A stretch of DNA of 64,000 nt, taken from assembly GCA_902625125.1 (NCBI GenBank), contig CACOAB010000003.1:4849-68848 (forward strand), written 5' to 3'. Below are positions 1-10,025 of this stretch, piece by piece. The notes below the pieces were generated by a model that was not told the DNA's origin, searched no databases, and worked only from the letters and a program-made list of their open reading frames with translations. Position 1 is the stretch's first letter. Each line of letters opens with the position of its first letter. Both the position numbers and the translations under genes were made by a program. The DNA comes from an uncultured Pelagibacteraceae bacterium. Lineage in GTDB: Bacteria; Pseudomonadota; Alphaproteobacteria; Pelagibacterales; Pelagibacteraceae.

Positions 1-663
1 GGAAATTATGCAGCTACAATTGGAATCTTAACAGCCTTTTTAACTTCAATTTATTCTTGGAGACTAATTTTTAAAACATTTCACGGTCCATACAATAATC
101 TAAAAATTCCAATCAACGAAACCCATGAATCTCCTTTTATAATGTTAGGTCCTTTGTTATTTTTAGCTATAGGCGCAGTTTTTTCTGGATATTTTTTTAA
201 AGAGATATTTATTGGGCATCATAGCAATGATTTTTGGAATTCATCTATATTTTTTTTAGAAGAAATAAAACATGACTCAATCCCTTTATGGTTTTTAATT
301 TTAACGCCAGTTTTAGTAGTTATATCTATTCCTATTTCATATTATTATTTTATTTCTAATACCAAAATTTTAGAGGAATTTAAGAATACTAACTCACCAC
401 TCTATAATTTTTTACTTAATAAATGGTATATAGACGAACTATACGATTATTTATTTGTAAAGCCTGCTAAAAAAATTGGTTCGTTTTTCTGGAAACAAGG
501 TGACCTAGGTTTTATAGATAGATTTGGACCAGACGGTATTTCTAAAATAATAAAAAAACTTTCTGATAAAGCGGGTATATTTCAAACAGGTTTTATATAC
601 GATTATGCTTTTGTGATGCTAATTGGACTATCAATTCTACTCACTTATTTGATTTTAAATTAG
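1..663 (+). CDS. nuoL: NADH-quinone oxidoreductase subunit L, 3' part (5'-truncated by window edge)
   Basis: Frame +1 is open from base 1 (GNYAATIGILTAFLTSIYSWRLIFKTFHG...). It carries NKWYIDELY, IDRFGPDG and QTGFIYDYA motifs and precedes nuoM-nuoN. Confidence 0.95.
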   Translation, partial: GNYAATIGILTAFLTSIYSWRLIFKTFHGPYNNLKIPINETHESPFIMLGPLLFLAIGAVFSGYFFKEIFIGHHSNDFWNSSIFFLEEIKHDSIPLWFLILTPVLVVISIPISYYYFISNTKILEEFKNTNSPLYNFLLNKWYIDELYDYLFVKPAKKIGSFFWKQGDLGFIDRFGPDGISKIIKKLSDKAGIFQTGFIYDYAFVMLIGLSILLTYLILN

Positions 664-666
664 AAA

Positions 667-2148
667 ATGAACTTTCCGATATTATCTACTCTTATATTTT
701 TACCATTAATTAGTTCCTTATTTATATTTTTATCTAGAGCACAAAAAAATAACAATAGTGCAATTTACATCTCTTTGTTTAGCAGTTTAGTAACTTTTAT
801 ATTATCTTTATTTGTTTGGTATTCGATGGATTTGACATCACCAGATTTTCAATTTTTAGAGGAACAATCTTGGATAAACGATTTTATAAAATTTAAATTA
901 GGAGTAGATGGAATTTCAATTCTATTTATTCTACTTACAACATTAATCACACCAATATGTATTATTTCTTGCATTAACAGCGTCAAAGATAGAATTAAAG
1001 AATTCTTAGTAGCAATTTTAATATTAGAAACTTTTATGATTGGAGTTTTTTGTTCATTAGATTTAGTAGTGTTTTATCTATTTTTTGAAGCTGGATTAAT
1101 TCCAATGTTTTTAATTATAGGGGTTTGGGGTGGGCCAAGAAGAGTTTACTCAGCTTTTAAATTTTTTCTTTATACTCTTTTAGGATCAGTTTTGATGCTT
1201 GTTGCTATTATTTCAATCTATTGGATAACAGGAACAACAGACATTACTCAAATTTATGAAATTAAAATACCTAAAGAATATCAAAACTTACTTTGGCTAG
1301 CCTTTTTTAGCTCTTTTGCTGTAAAAACGCCAATGTGGCCAGTTCACACCTGGTTACCTGATGCTCACGTAGAAGCGCCTACCGCTGGATCAGTCATTCT
1401 AGCCGCTATACTATTAAAAATGGCTGGTTATGGTTTTTTAAGATTTTCACTACCAATGTTTCCAATTGCTTCAGAATATTTTACACCATTAATTTATACG
1501 CTGAGTATTATTGCAATTATTTACACCTCTTTAGTTGCTTTAATGCAAGATGATATGAAAAAATTGATTGCATATTCTTCCGTAGCTCATATGGGTTATG
1601 TAACTCTTGGAATTTTTACAATTACAAAGTTAGGAATTGAAGGAAGTATTTTTCAAATGATTAGTCACGGATTGATTTCAGCGGCATTATTTCTTTGCGT
1701 TGGGGTTGTATATGACAGAATGCATTCTAGAATGATAAGTTCATATGGTGGTTTAGTAACTTATTTACCAAAATATTCTTTTTTATTTGTAGTTTTTGCC
1801 CTAGCCGGGTTAGGTCTCCCAGGAACCTCTGGTTTTTTAGGTGAGTTTTTAGTCTTAACAGGGGCTTTTCAAAAAAATTATCTAGTAGCAATGTTAGCAA
1901 CATTTGGTGTCGTATTAGGCGCTGCATATATGCTTTGGCTTACTAAAAGAGTTATTTTTGGCCAGGTAAAAAATGATCAAATTAAAGATTTAAAAGACAT
2001 AAATAAATCTGAATTTTTAATGTTAATTGTATTAGCTATATTAGTAATCTTTTTTGGTTTTTATCCTGCGCCTTTAATGGAAACTTTGAACATTTCAGTA
2101 GATAATTTAATTAACAATTATGAGATGGCAATAAAGATAAACAATTAA
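667..2148 (+). CDS. nuoM: NADH-quinone oxidoreductase subunit M
   Basis: LGVDGIS, HTWLPDAHVEAPTAGS, LLKMAGYG and IAYSSVAHMG motifs. Confidence 0.97.
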   Translation: MNFPILSTLIFLPLISSLFIFLSRAQKNNNSAIYISLFSSLVTFILSLFVWYSMDLTSPDFQFLEEQSWINDFIKFKLGVDGISILFILLTTLITPICIISCINSVKDRIKEFLVAILILETFMIGVFCSLDLVVFYLFFEAGLIPMFLIIGVWGGPRRVYSAFKFFLYTLLGSVLMLVAIISIYWITGTTDITQIYEIKIPKEYQNLLWLAFFSSFAVKTPMWPVHTWLPDAHVEAPTAGSVILAAILLKMAGYGFLRFSLPMFPIASEYFTPLIYTLSIIAIIYTSLVALMQDDMKKLIAYSSVAHMGYVTLGIFTITKLGIEGSIFQMISHGLISAALFLCVGVVYDRMHSRMISSYGGLVTYLPKYSFLFVVFALAGLGLPGTSGFLGEFLVLTGAFQKNYLVAMLATFGVVLGAAYMLWLTKRVIFGQVKNDQIKDLKDINKSEFLMLIVLAILVIFFGFYPAPLMETLNISVDNLINNYEMAIKINN

Positions 2149-2154
2149 AATTAT

Positions 2155-3570
2155 ATGATAAATAATTTAAATATACTACTTCCAGAAATTTTTTTAACTT
2201 TGTCAATATTTTCAATCTTGATGATTGGAGTTTTTATCAAAAATAGTTTTAATTTAATTTTTAATTTAAGCTCATTGATAATTTTATTAACTATCGCCAT
2301 TATTTTAAATAGCTCAAATAATACTGAAAAAATATTTTTAGAAAGTTTCGCACGAGATGCTTTTTCAAACTTTTTTAAAGTATTAATACTTGTTTCAAGT
2401 TTATTTGTGCTGAATTCATCAAAAAATTTTATCTTAGATAATAGATTGGGAAAATTTGAGTATCCGATAATAGTATTGCTATCAATTTTAGGCATGTTTT
2501 TTATGGTGAGTTCAAACGATATAATTTTATTTTATTTAGGTTTAGAATTACAATCACTAGCACTTTATATTCTGGCATCAATTGATAGAGATAATTTAAA
2601 GTCATCAGAGTCAGGAATAAAATATTTTGTATTAAGTGCGTTATCATCAGGTCTACTATTGTATGGCTGTTCTCTATTATACGGTTTCACGGGCTCGACT
2701 AATTTTGATTTAATTGCGAATGAACTAGGCAAAGAAAATACAGGAGCAGTTTTTGCAATGGTGTTTATTTTAGTAGGTCTTGCATTTAAAGTCTCAGCAG
2801 TTCCTTTTCATATGTGGACACCAGACGTATATGAAGGGGCACCCACTTCAATAACAAGCTATTTTGCAGTAGTACCAAAAGTCGCTGGACTAGCAGTTTT
2901 GATTAAGTTTATGTTTATTCCATTTTCAAAAATTCTAATGGAGTGGCAAACAATAATTATCTTTATATCTATAGCTTCGATGATTTTAGGCGCTGTCGCA
3001 GCAATAGGTCAAAAAAATATCAAGAGATTATTAGCATATAGCTCTATAGGACATATAGGTTACGCTTTGGCTGGTGTAGCCACTGGTGTTATCTCAGGTT
3101 ATGAAAGCGCAATAGTTTATATTGCTATTTATGTTGTAATGAATATCGGGGCTTTTTCATGTTTGTATTTGTTAAAAAAAGACGGTGAGTACAAAGAAAA
3201 TATTTCAGACTTATCAGGTATTTCAAAAAAACATCCGTTATTAGCAATTTCTTTTTTGATTATTTTATTTTCTTTAGCAGGCATCCCGCCGCTTGGTGGA
3301 TTTTTTGCAAAATTTTATGTTTTTACAGCTGTGGTCGAACAAAATATGTATGCTTTAGCAATAATAGGATTGTTAACTACAGTGATATCAGCTTTTTATT
3401 ATCTTAAAATAATTAAGACTATTTATTTTGATGATAGCATTATAGGTTTTGACGTTACTAAAAATAAATTCGCGAAATTATCAATTCTCATAAGTTGCAG
3501 TATTCTATTAACTTTTTTCTTATATCCATCAGTTTTAAATAATGTAGTGGGTACATTATTCTTGAATTAA
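2155..3570 (+). CDS. nuoN: NADH-quinone oxidoreductase subunit N
   Basis: ESGIKYF, FKVSAVPFHMWTPDVYEGAP, KRLLAYSSIGH and SLAGIPP motifs. Confidence 0.97.
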   Translation: MINNLNILLPEIFLTLSIFSILMIGVFIKNSFNLIFNLSSLIILLTIAIILNSSNNTEKIFLESFARDAFSNFFKVLILVSSLFVLNSSKNFILDNRLGKFEYPIIVLLSILGMFFMVSSNDIILFYLGLELQSLALYILASIDRDNLKSSESGIKYFVLSALSSGLLLYGCSLLYGFTGSTNFDLIANELGKENTGAVFAMVFILVGLAFKVSAVPFHMWTPDVYEGAPTSITSYFAVVPKVAGLAVLIKFMFIPFSKILMEWQTIIIFISIASMILGAVAAIGQKNIKRLLAYSSIGHIGYALAGVATGVISGYESAIVYIAIYVVMNIGAFSCLYLLKKDGEYKENISDLSGISKKHPLLAISFLIILFSLAGIPPLGGFFAKFYVFTAVVEQNMYALAIIGLLTTVISAFYYLKIIKTIYFDDSIIGFDVTKNKFAKLSILISCSILLTFFLYPSVLNNVVGTLFLN

Positions 3571-4139
3571 TGAAATTGAAGTTACTAAAATTTAAAAGTG
3601 TTAAAAGCACAAACGATATAGCTCATAAGCTTATTAAAAAAAAAAAAATCACACCAACAATAATCATATCGGAAAAACAAACTCATGGCAGGGGGACAAT
3701 GGGAAAAAAGTGGATTTCTAAAAAAGGGAACCTATTTTTAACAATTTTTTTTGATATAAGTAAAAAGAGAGTAGGCTTTGAGAAATTTGCAGTTTTGAAT
3801 GCATGTCTTTTTAAAAATATTCTTGTGAAACAATTTTCAAATAAAATAAAAATTAAATGGCCAAATGATCTCTTATTTGAAAAGAAAAAAATTTGTGGAA
3901 TATTACAAGAAACTGTTGTCAATGCAGGAAAAAAATATTTAATAGTTGGAATTGGAATAAACACGAATTTTGATCCAAAAAATAGTAGTTTTTCTTCAAC
4001 TTCTTTGAAACAAATCGTAAATAAAAATATAGATAATAAAAAACTATTTACTATGATTAAAAAAATATATGAAAAATTTTTATTTAAAGCTAAGGATAGT
4101 TCTTTTACAGAGTTAAAAAAATTCACAAAAAAGTTATGA
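3570..4139 (+). CDS. birA: Biotin-[acetyl-CoA carboxylase] ligase, catalytic domain only
   Basis: STN, QTHGRG, KWPND, KICGIL and GIGIN motifs; usual position after nuoN. Confidence 0.9.
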   Translation: MKLKLLKFKSVKSTNDIAHKLIKKKKITPTIIISEKQTHGRGTMGKKWISKKGNLFLTIFFDISKKRVGFEKFAVLNACLFKNILVKQFSNKIKIKWPNDLLFEKKKICGILQETVVNAGKKYLIVGIGINTNFDPKNSSFSSTSLKQIVNKNIDNKKLFTMIKKIYEKFLFKAKDSSFTELKKFTKKL

Positions 4140-4882
4140 AATTTTTAATTGGAGACATCGGCAATACTTTTACAAAGATTTGTGTTTTAGATAATAGATA
4201 CAGAATACTAAAGTCATATAATTTAGAAACAAGAAAAATGTATAAAGGAAACCTAATAAAAACAATTATTAGAAAAAAAATAAATAAAGATTTAAATCCA
4301 GTTTTTTTATTTTCAAGTGTTGTACCCAAAGTTTATAAAAGTATCAAAAAAAATTTAAATAAAAATAAATACAAAATTTACGAAATTAAAGAATTAAATT
4401 TAAATAAACTTATTAAAATAAATATTAAAAATAAAAAACAATTAGGTTCAGATCGTATAGCGAATGCTATAGGCGCAAAAAAATATAAAAATTCTTTAGT
4501 TTTAGATTTTGGAACCGCTACTACTTTTGATTTTATTAAAAATGGTATTTATGAAGGTGGAGTAATTGCACCTGGAGTAAAACTTTCGATAAAAAATTTA
4601 AGTCAAGCTACCGCTTTACTTCCTATGATTAACTTAAAAAGCAATCAAAATAGTTACGGAAAGAATACAATCGAAGCTCTTAATGCTGGTTTTGTTTGGG
4701 GATACGAGGGTTTAATAAATAATATAATTAGTAAAATAATATCTAAGAATAAAATTAAATGTAAAATCTTATTGACAGGCGGATATGCAAAATTTTTCAA
4801 AAAAATGATAAAAAGAAAAGTAGTTATAGATCAAGATATAACTGTTAAAGGAATAGCAAATGTTTATAAAGAATTAATATGA
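4136..4882 (+). CDS. coaX: Type III pantothenate kinase
   Basis: DIGNT, LGSDR, DFGTATT, GGVIAPG and TGG motifs. Confidence 0.95.
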   Translation: MKFLIGDIGNTFTKICVLDNRYRILKSYNLETRKMYKGNLIKTIIRKKINKDLNPVFLFSSVVPKVYKSIKKNLNKNKYKIYEIKELNLNKLIKINIKNKKQLGSDRIANAIGAKKYKNSLVLDFGTATTFDFIKNGIYEGGVIAPGVKLSIKNLSQATALLPMINLKSNQNSYGKNTIEALNAGFVWGYEGLINNIISKIISKNKIKCKILLTGGYAKFFKKMIKRKVVIDQDITVKGIANVYKELI

Positions 4883-6540
4883 GTAAAGAAAAACTAATTT
4901 TTTGTCCATTAGGTGGGTCCGGAGAAATAGGCGGCAATATGAATTTATACGCTTATGGAAAAGAGGATAATCAAAAATGGATAATTGTTGATATGGGTGT
5001 TTCTTTTGCCGATGACTCTGTCCCTGGGATAGATTTGATTATGCCAGATGCAGGATTTATTATTGATAAAAAAGATGATTTACTTGGTATAGTTTTAACA
5101 CATGCCCACGAGGATCACATCGGAGCAGTTGCTCATATCTGGCCCAATTTAAAATGTAAGATTTATGCAACGCCATTCACTGCTGCTCTAATTTTAGAAA
5201 AGTTTAAAGAAAAAAAAATTGATATATCCAATTATTTGAACGTTGTACCTTTGAATAGTAAAATTAAACTTGGCGCATTTGAAATCGACTTTGTAACATT
5301 AACTCACTCTATCTTAGAGCCAAATGGACTAAGTATTAAAACTCCTCTAGGAACAATACTTCATACTGGTGATTGGAAAATTGATCCCAATCCGTTAATT
5401 GGGGGTCAAATAGACGAAAAAAAATTGAAATCTATTGGTGAAAACGGTGTGTCTGCAATGATCTGTGACTCAACAAATATTTTTAGTCCAGGTAGGGCAG
5501 GCTCTGAGTCCGATGTTAGAGATAGTTTGCTACGGATTATGGAGATTAAAACTAATAGAATTCTGGTAACTTCTTTTGCATCTAACGTGGCTAGAATGGA
5601 ATCCGTTTTTTATTGCGCAAAAAAAACAGGAAGAAATCTTTGTTTGGTAGGACGATCTATGCAAAGAATTTATAAAGCAGCAAGAAAATGTGGTTATCTT
5701 AAAGGCCTTATTGAACCACTAGATCCAAGAGATGCAAAAAAAGTTCCAAAAAATAAAATATTATATTTAGCAACAGGTAGCCAAGGAGAACCTATGGGTG
5801 CAATGAATAGGATAATTAATGGTGTGCATCCAGATGTTTTTATGGAAAGTGGTGATTGTATTATTTTTTCATCTAAAATAATTCCAGGAAATGAAAAAAA
5901 ATTATATTCTATACAAAATCTTATAGTAAAGAACAACATGGAGATGATAAGTGAAGAAAATGCTTTCGTTCATGTCTCTGGCCATCCAAATAGAGATGAC
6001 TTAAAGGACATGTATAAGTGGGTTAAACCTCAATGTGTTATTCCAGTTCATGGTGAACATCGACATATGGCTGAGCACGTTTCATTCGCAAAAGAAATGC
6101 AAGTTCCTAAGACTTTACTAATAGAAAATGGAGATATCATAAAGATATTACCTGGAGATAAACCTGAAATTATAGATAAAGCACCCTCTGGTAAAATTTA
6201 TTTAGACGGGAGTGTTAATGTAGAAACAGACGCTCAATCAATAAGAGATAGAAAAAATTTATCAATTAATGGGTATTTAGAAATTACAATTTTAGTTTCA
6301 AATAATGGAAAAATAAAAAAACCAATTATTTCATTCAGAGGTATACCTGAGAAAGAAAATACAGAACACTTTATTTTTGATATGGAAGATGAAATTTTTA
6401 ATATTTGTAGAACTTTTTCTTTGGACAATAAAAATCAACAAAAAAATCTTATCGAAACTATCAAGCAAAATTGCAGAAGAATCGTTAGAGAAAAAACAGG
6501 AAAAAAACCTTTTACAAATATTAATATAGCGAGAATTTAG
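4879..6540 (+). CDS. rnj: Ribonuclease J
   Basis: PLGGSGEIGGN, THAHEDHIG, HTGDWK, HVSGH and PVHGE motifs. Confidence 0.96.
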   Translation: MSKEKLIFCPLGGSGEIGGNMNLYAYGKEDNQKWIIVDMGVSFADDSVPGIDLIMPDAGFIIDKKDDLLGIVLTHAHEDHIGAVAHIWPNLKCKIYATPFTAALILEKFKEKKIDISNYLNVVPLNSKIKLGAFEIDFVTLTHSILEPNGLSIKTPLGTILHTGDWKIDPNPLIGGQIDEKKLKSIGENGVSAMICDSTNIFSPGRAGSESDVRDSLLRIMEIKTNRILVTSFASNVARMESVFYCAKKTGRNLCLVGRSMQRIYKAARKCGYLKGLIEPLDPRDAKKVPKNKILYLATGSQGEPMGAMNRIINGVHPDVFMESGDCIIFSSKIIPGNEKKLYSIQNLIVKNNMEMISEENAFVHVSGHPNRDDLKDMYKWVKPQCVIPVHGEHRHMAEHVSFAKEMQVPKTLLIENGDIIKILPGDKPEIIDKAPSGKIYLDGSVNVETDAQSIRDRKNLSINGYLEITILVSNNGKIKKPIISFRGIPEKENTEHFIFDMEDEIFNICRTFSLDNKNQQKNLIETIKQNCRRIVREKTGKKPFTNINIARI

Positions 6541-6794
6541 TGGGAATAACCGGCTCAATAATAGTTTATGTACTAATTTGGTGGATAATTTTTTTTTCTG
6601 TTCTACCCTTCGGAATTCAATCAAATAAAGTGAAATTTGAAGAGAAAATAGAGGGAGTCGATCCTGGAGCTCCAAAAAATCCTAAAATAGCAAAAAAATT
6701 TTTAATCACCACGATAATCACTTCAATAATTTTTATTGTAATATATTATCTAGTAGAGTTTGATTTACTAAATTTAAGAGAATATTTGCAATAA
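6540..6794 (+). CDS. DUF1467-family small membrane protein (GTG start)
   Basis: WWIIFFSVLPFG...DPGAP pattern; usual position between rnj and proS in Alphaproteobacteria. Confidence 0.8.
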   Translation: MGITGSIIVYVLIWWIIFFSVLPFGIQSNKVKFEEKIEGVDPGAPKNPKIAKKFLITTIITSIIFIVIYYLVEFDLLNLREYLQ

Positions 6795-6795
6795 A

Positions 6796-8109
6796 ATGTA
6801 TATATCAAAATTATTTATTCCAATTACAAAAGATTTACCTACTGAGGCAAAAATTAAGTCGCATCAATTAATGTTACAAGCCGGAATGATAAAACAATCT
6901 TCCGCAGGTATTTATTCATGGCTGCCACTAGGATACAAAATTATGAAAAAAATAGAAAAAATTGTCAGAGAAGAACAAAATTCTATTGGAGCTCAAGAAA
7001 TGTTAATGCCAACTATTCAATCAGCAGAGATTTGGAAAGAGAGTGGCAGATACGACGATTACGGAGAGGAGATGCTAAGGATTAAAGATCGTCAAGGAAG
7101 AGAAATGCTTTATGGACCAACTAATGAAGAATTAATAACAGATGTTTTTAGATCAAGTATTAAATCATATAAATCACTTCCGCAAATTCTTTATCATATT
7201 CAATGGAAATTTAGAGATGAGATTAGACCGAGATTTGGTGTAATGAGGTGTAAAGAATTTTTTATGAAAGACGCGTATTCTTTTGATTTATCTGATGAAG
7301 AAGCAAAAAAATCTTACAATAAAATGTTTTTTTCATATCTTAAAACTTTTAATAGACTTGGTTTAAAAGCAATTCCAATGGCTGCAGACACAGGACCAAT
7401 AGGCGGAGATCTTTCACATGAATTTATAATTTTAGCAGAAACCGGTGAAAGTCAAATATATGCAGATAAAAGAATATTTGAAATAAATTTGGATAAATAT
7501 GATTTTAGCGATATTTCCCTCTCACAAATGAGAAAAGATTTTACAAATTTTTACGCTGTGACAGATGAAAAGTTTGATGAAAAAAAATTTAATGAAGAAG
7601 TTGATAAAAAAAATCAAATAAAAACTAAAGGCATCGAAGTAGGTCATATATTTTATTTTGGTGATAAATACTCAAAGCCTATGAACTGTTTAATAGACGA
7701 TAAAAGCGGGCAAAAAATCTCTGTAAAAATGGGATCATATGGCATTGGAGTATCAAGAATCGTAGGTGCAGCAATAGAGGCAAATTATAATAATGGTATA
7801 ATGAAATGGCCCAGATCAATGTCTCCATATGATGTGGTTATTATTCCTAGCATTAGCAAAAATAATAAAGAAAACTTCCAAAAAGCTGAAAAAATATATC
7901 AAAATTTAAAAAAACAAAATATTGACGTATTGTTAGATGATGTTGATGAAAATATGTCAAATAAATTTAATAAACATGACTTAATAGGCACACCTTTTCA
8001 AATTATTGTGGGATCAAAATCTGAAGAAAATAAATTTGAGTTTAAAGAATTAAATTCTGGAAGTGAAATGTTAAGTCTAGAAGAAATAAAGTCTAAACTT
8101 AAAAGTTAA
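6796..8109 (+). CDS. proS: Proline-tRNA ligase, short form without editing insertion
   Basis: SHQLM, GPTNEE, FRDEIRPRFG, GIEVGHIF and MGSYGIGVSR motifs. Confidence 0.97.
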   Translation: MYISKLFIPITKDLPTEAKIKSHQLMLQAGMIKQSSAGIYSWLPLGYKIMKKIEKIVREEQNSIGAQEMLMPTIQSAEIWKESGRYDDYGEEMLRIKDRQGREMLYGPTNEELITDVFRSSIKSYKSLPQILYHIQWKFRDEIRPRFGVMRCKEFFMKDAYSFDLSDEEAKKSYNKMFFSYLKTFNRLGLKAIPMAADTGPIGGDLSHEFIILAETGESQIYADKRIFEINLDKYDFSDISLSQMRKDFTNFYAVTDEKFDEKKFNEEVDKKNQIKTKGIEVGHIFYFGDKYSKPMNCLIDDKSGQKISVKMGSYGIGVSRIVGAAIEANYNNGIMKWPRSMSPYDVVIIPSISKNNKENFQKAEKIYQNLKKQNIDVLLDDVDENMSNKFNKHDLIGTPFQIIVGSKSEENKFEFKELNSGSEMLSLEEIKSKLKS

Positions 8110-8113
8110 TATT

Positions 8114-9346
8114 TTGTTCACAAAAGTAGAAAGATTAATTTCATCTAGAAATCTCAGGCCTAAAAAAAAAGAAGGTTTTCTAAAAACAATTTCTATTTTT
8201 TCTTTTTTGGGCATTATGCTCGGAGTAGCAATTTTAATTATCGTTATGTCAGTCATGAATGGGTTTAAAACTGATTTAACCAATAAAATTTTAGGTTTAA
8301 ATCCACACGTAGTTGTTCAACCAAATGGATTTGCTATTGGTAATAATTATATTCAAAAAATAAAAAAAAATTTCAAAGACATATCTGTAAGTAAAACTTA
8401 TTCAGGCGAAGGTATAATAATTATAAATGAAAAAGCCAAGGGTGTAATTTTTAAAGGCGTCAACAGTAAAGAAAAAAAAATGAGAGAATTTTTAGTGAAA
8501 AATACTGTAAGCGGTGATATTGAAAAATTTAAAAGAAATAACATTTTTTTAGGTTCTGAACTTGCTTTTAATTTGAATTTAAATCCAGGGGATAAAATAA
8601 ATTTAATGTCTTCAGCTTTTGTTAGCACACCACTTGGCAATTTGCCAAAGCAAGAAAATTTTAATGTAGCAGGAATATTTAATACTGGTTTTGTTGAATT
8701 TGATCAGAATGTCATTTTTTTAACGACAGAAGACGTGTTGTCGATCTTTGATAAGAAAATCGAGGATCAAAATTTGGAAATTTATTTAAAAGATCCATTA
8801 AGAGCAAATGTGGTAAAAAATAAGATCGAAAAAATTAATCAAAACTATTTTATCTATACCTGGTCAGACTTGAATAAGTCTTTTTTTAGTGCTTTAAAAA
8901 TTGAGAGAAATGTCATGTTTATAATACTGACTTTAATTATTATTGTGGCAGCATTTAATATTATTTCAGGTCTTACAATATTAATTAAAAATAAAACTAA
9001 AGAGATAGCTATTTTAAAAACTTTAGGATTAAACAACAGTTCAATAAAGAAATCTTTTTTTTTAACAGGTTTTACAATCGGTTTTTTTGCTACAATATCG
9101 GGTATTATCTTAGGAATTATTTTTTCCTATAATATTGAAAAAGTAAGAATGTTTCTCTCAACAGTTTTTAATCTAGAAATATTTCCAAGTGATATATATT
9201 TCTTAGAAAAACTACCTAGCGAAATAAGCTTATATTCTATATTAATAATATCTATACTGTCGTTATTAGTTTCTGCACTAGCTTCTTATATTCCAGCAAG
9301 ACAAATCTCAAAAATGAAAACATTTAGAGCTTTAAAATATGACTAA
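8114..9346 (+). CDS. Lipoprotein-releasing ABC transporter permease LolC/E (start uncertain, TTG)
   Basis: GIMLGVAILIIVMSVMNGF, VAAFNI and KEIAILKTLG motifs; followed by lolD. Confidence 0.92.
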   Translation: MFTKVERLISSRNLRPKKKEGFLKTISIFSFLGIMLGVAILIIVMSVMNGFKTDLTNKILGLNPHVVVQPNGFAIGNNYIQKIKKNFKDISVSKTYSGEGIIIINEKAKGVIFKGVNSKEKKMREFLVKNTVSGDIEKFKRNNIFLGSELAFNLNLNPGDKINLMSSAFVSTPLGNLPKQENFNVAGIFNTGFVEFDQNVIFLTTEDVLSIFDKKIEDQNLEIYLKDPLRANVVKNKIEKINQNYFIYTWSDLNKSFFSALKIERNVMFIILTLIIIVAAFNIISGLTILIKNKTKEIAILKTLGLNNSSIKKSFFLTGFTIGFFATISGIILGIIFSYNIEKVRMFLSTVFNLEIFPSDIYFLEKLPSEISLYSILIISILSLLVSALASYIPARQISKMKTFRALKYD

Positions 9347-10025
9347 AATTTTAATAGAAACTATAAACCTTAAAAAAACCTACAGACATTCAAATGTTAA
9401 CGTTACACTGTTTAACAATTTGAACTTGAAAATTAAGCAGGGAGATCTAGTAGCTTTGGTTGGACCATCTGGCTCTGGAAAATCATCATTGCTTCACTTA
9501 TTAGCTTTATTGGATGAACCTACCAAAGGAGATATAAAAATAAATGATGTTTATACAAAAAAATTTACAGATGAAAAAAAGGACGAGACTAGAAGAAAAA
9601 ATATATCAATTATTTTTCAAGACAATAATTTATTAAATGATTTTAATGCTATTGAGAATGTGATGATGCCTCTAATCATAAAAGGTGAAAATCTTGTTAA
9701 TGCTAAAAAAAAAGCTCAGACTATTCTTAAAGCTGTCAAAATACTTGAAAGGTCACTACACTTCCCAAAAGAACTTTCTGGCGGGGAACAACAAAGGGTA
9801 GCAATCGCAAGAGCTTTAATAGCAGAAACAAATTTAGTTTTAGCAGATGAACCTACTGGAAATCTAGATTTTAAAACATCTCTTGAAATTTTTTCTTATT
9901 TTTTAAAATTGAAAAAATTAAAAAAAACAATAATTTTTGCAACCCACAATAGAGAACTTGCCAACAGGGCAGATTACAAGTTGTTAATTTCCAACGGTGA
10001 TATAAAACGAGTTAATGCTCGTTAA
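9339..10025 (+). CDS. lolD: Lipoprotein-releasing ABC transporter ATPase
   Basis: GPSGSGKS, LSGGEQQRVAIARAL, ADEPTGNLD and ATHN motifs. Confidence 0.92.
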   Translation: MTKILIETINLKKTYRHSNVNVTLFNNLNLKIKQGDLVALVGPSGSGKSSLLHLLALLDEPTKGDIKINDVYTKKFTDEKKDETRRKNISIIFQDNNLLNDFNAIENVMMPLIIKGENLVNAKKKAQTILKAVKILERSLHFPKELSGGEQQRVAIARALIAETNLVLADEPTGNLDFKTSLEIFSYFLKLKKLKKTIIFATHNRELANRADYKLLISNGDIKRVNAR

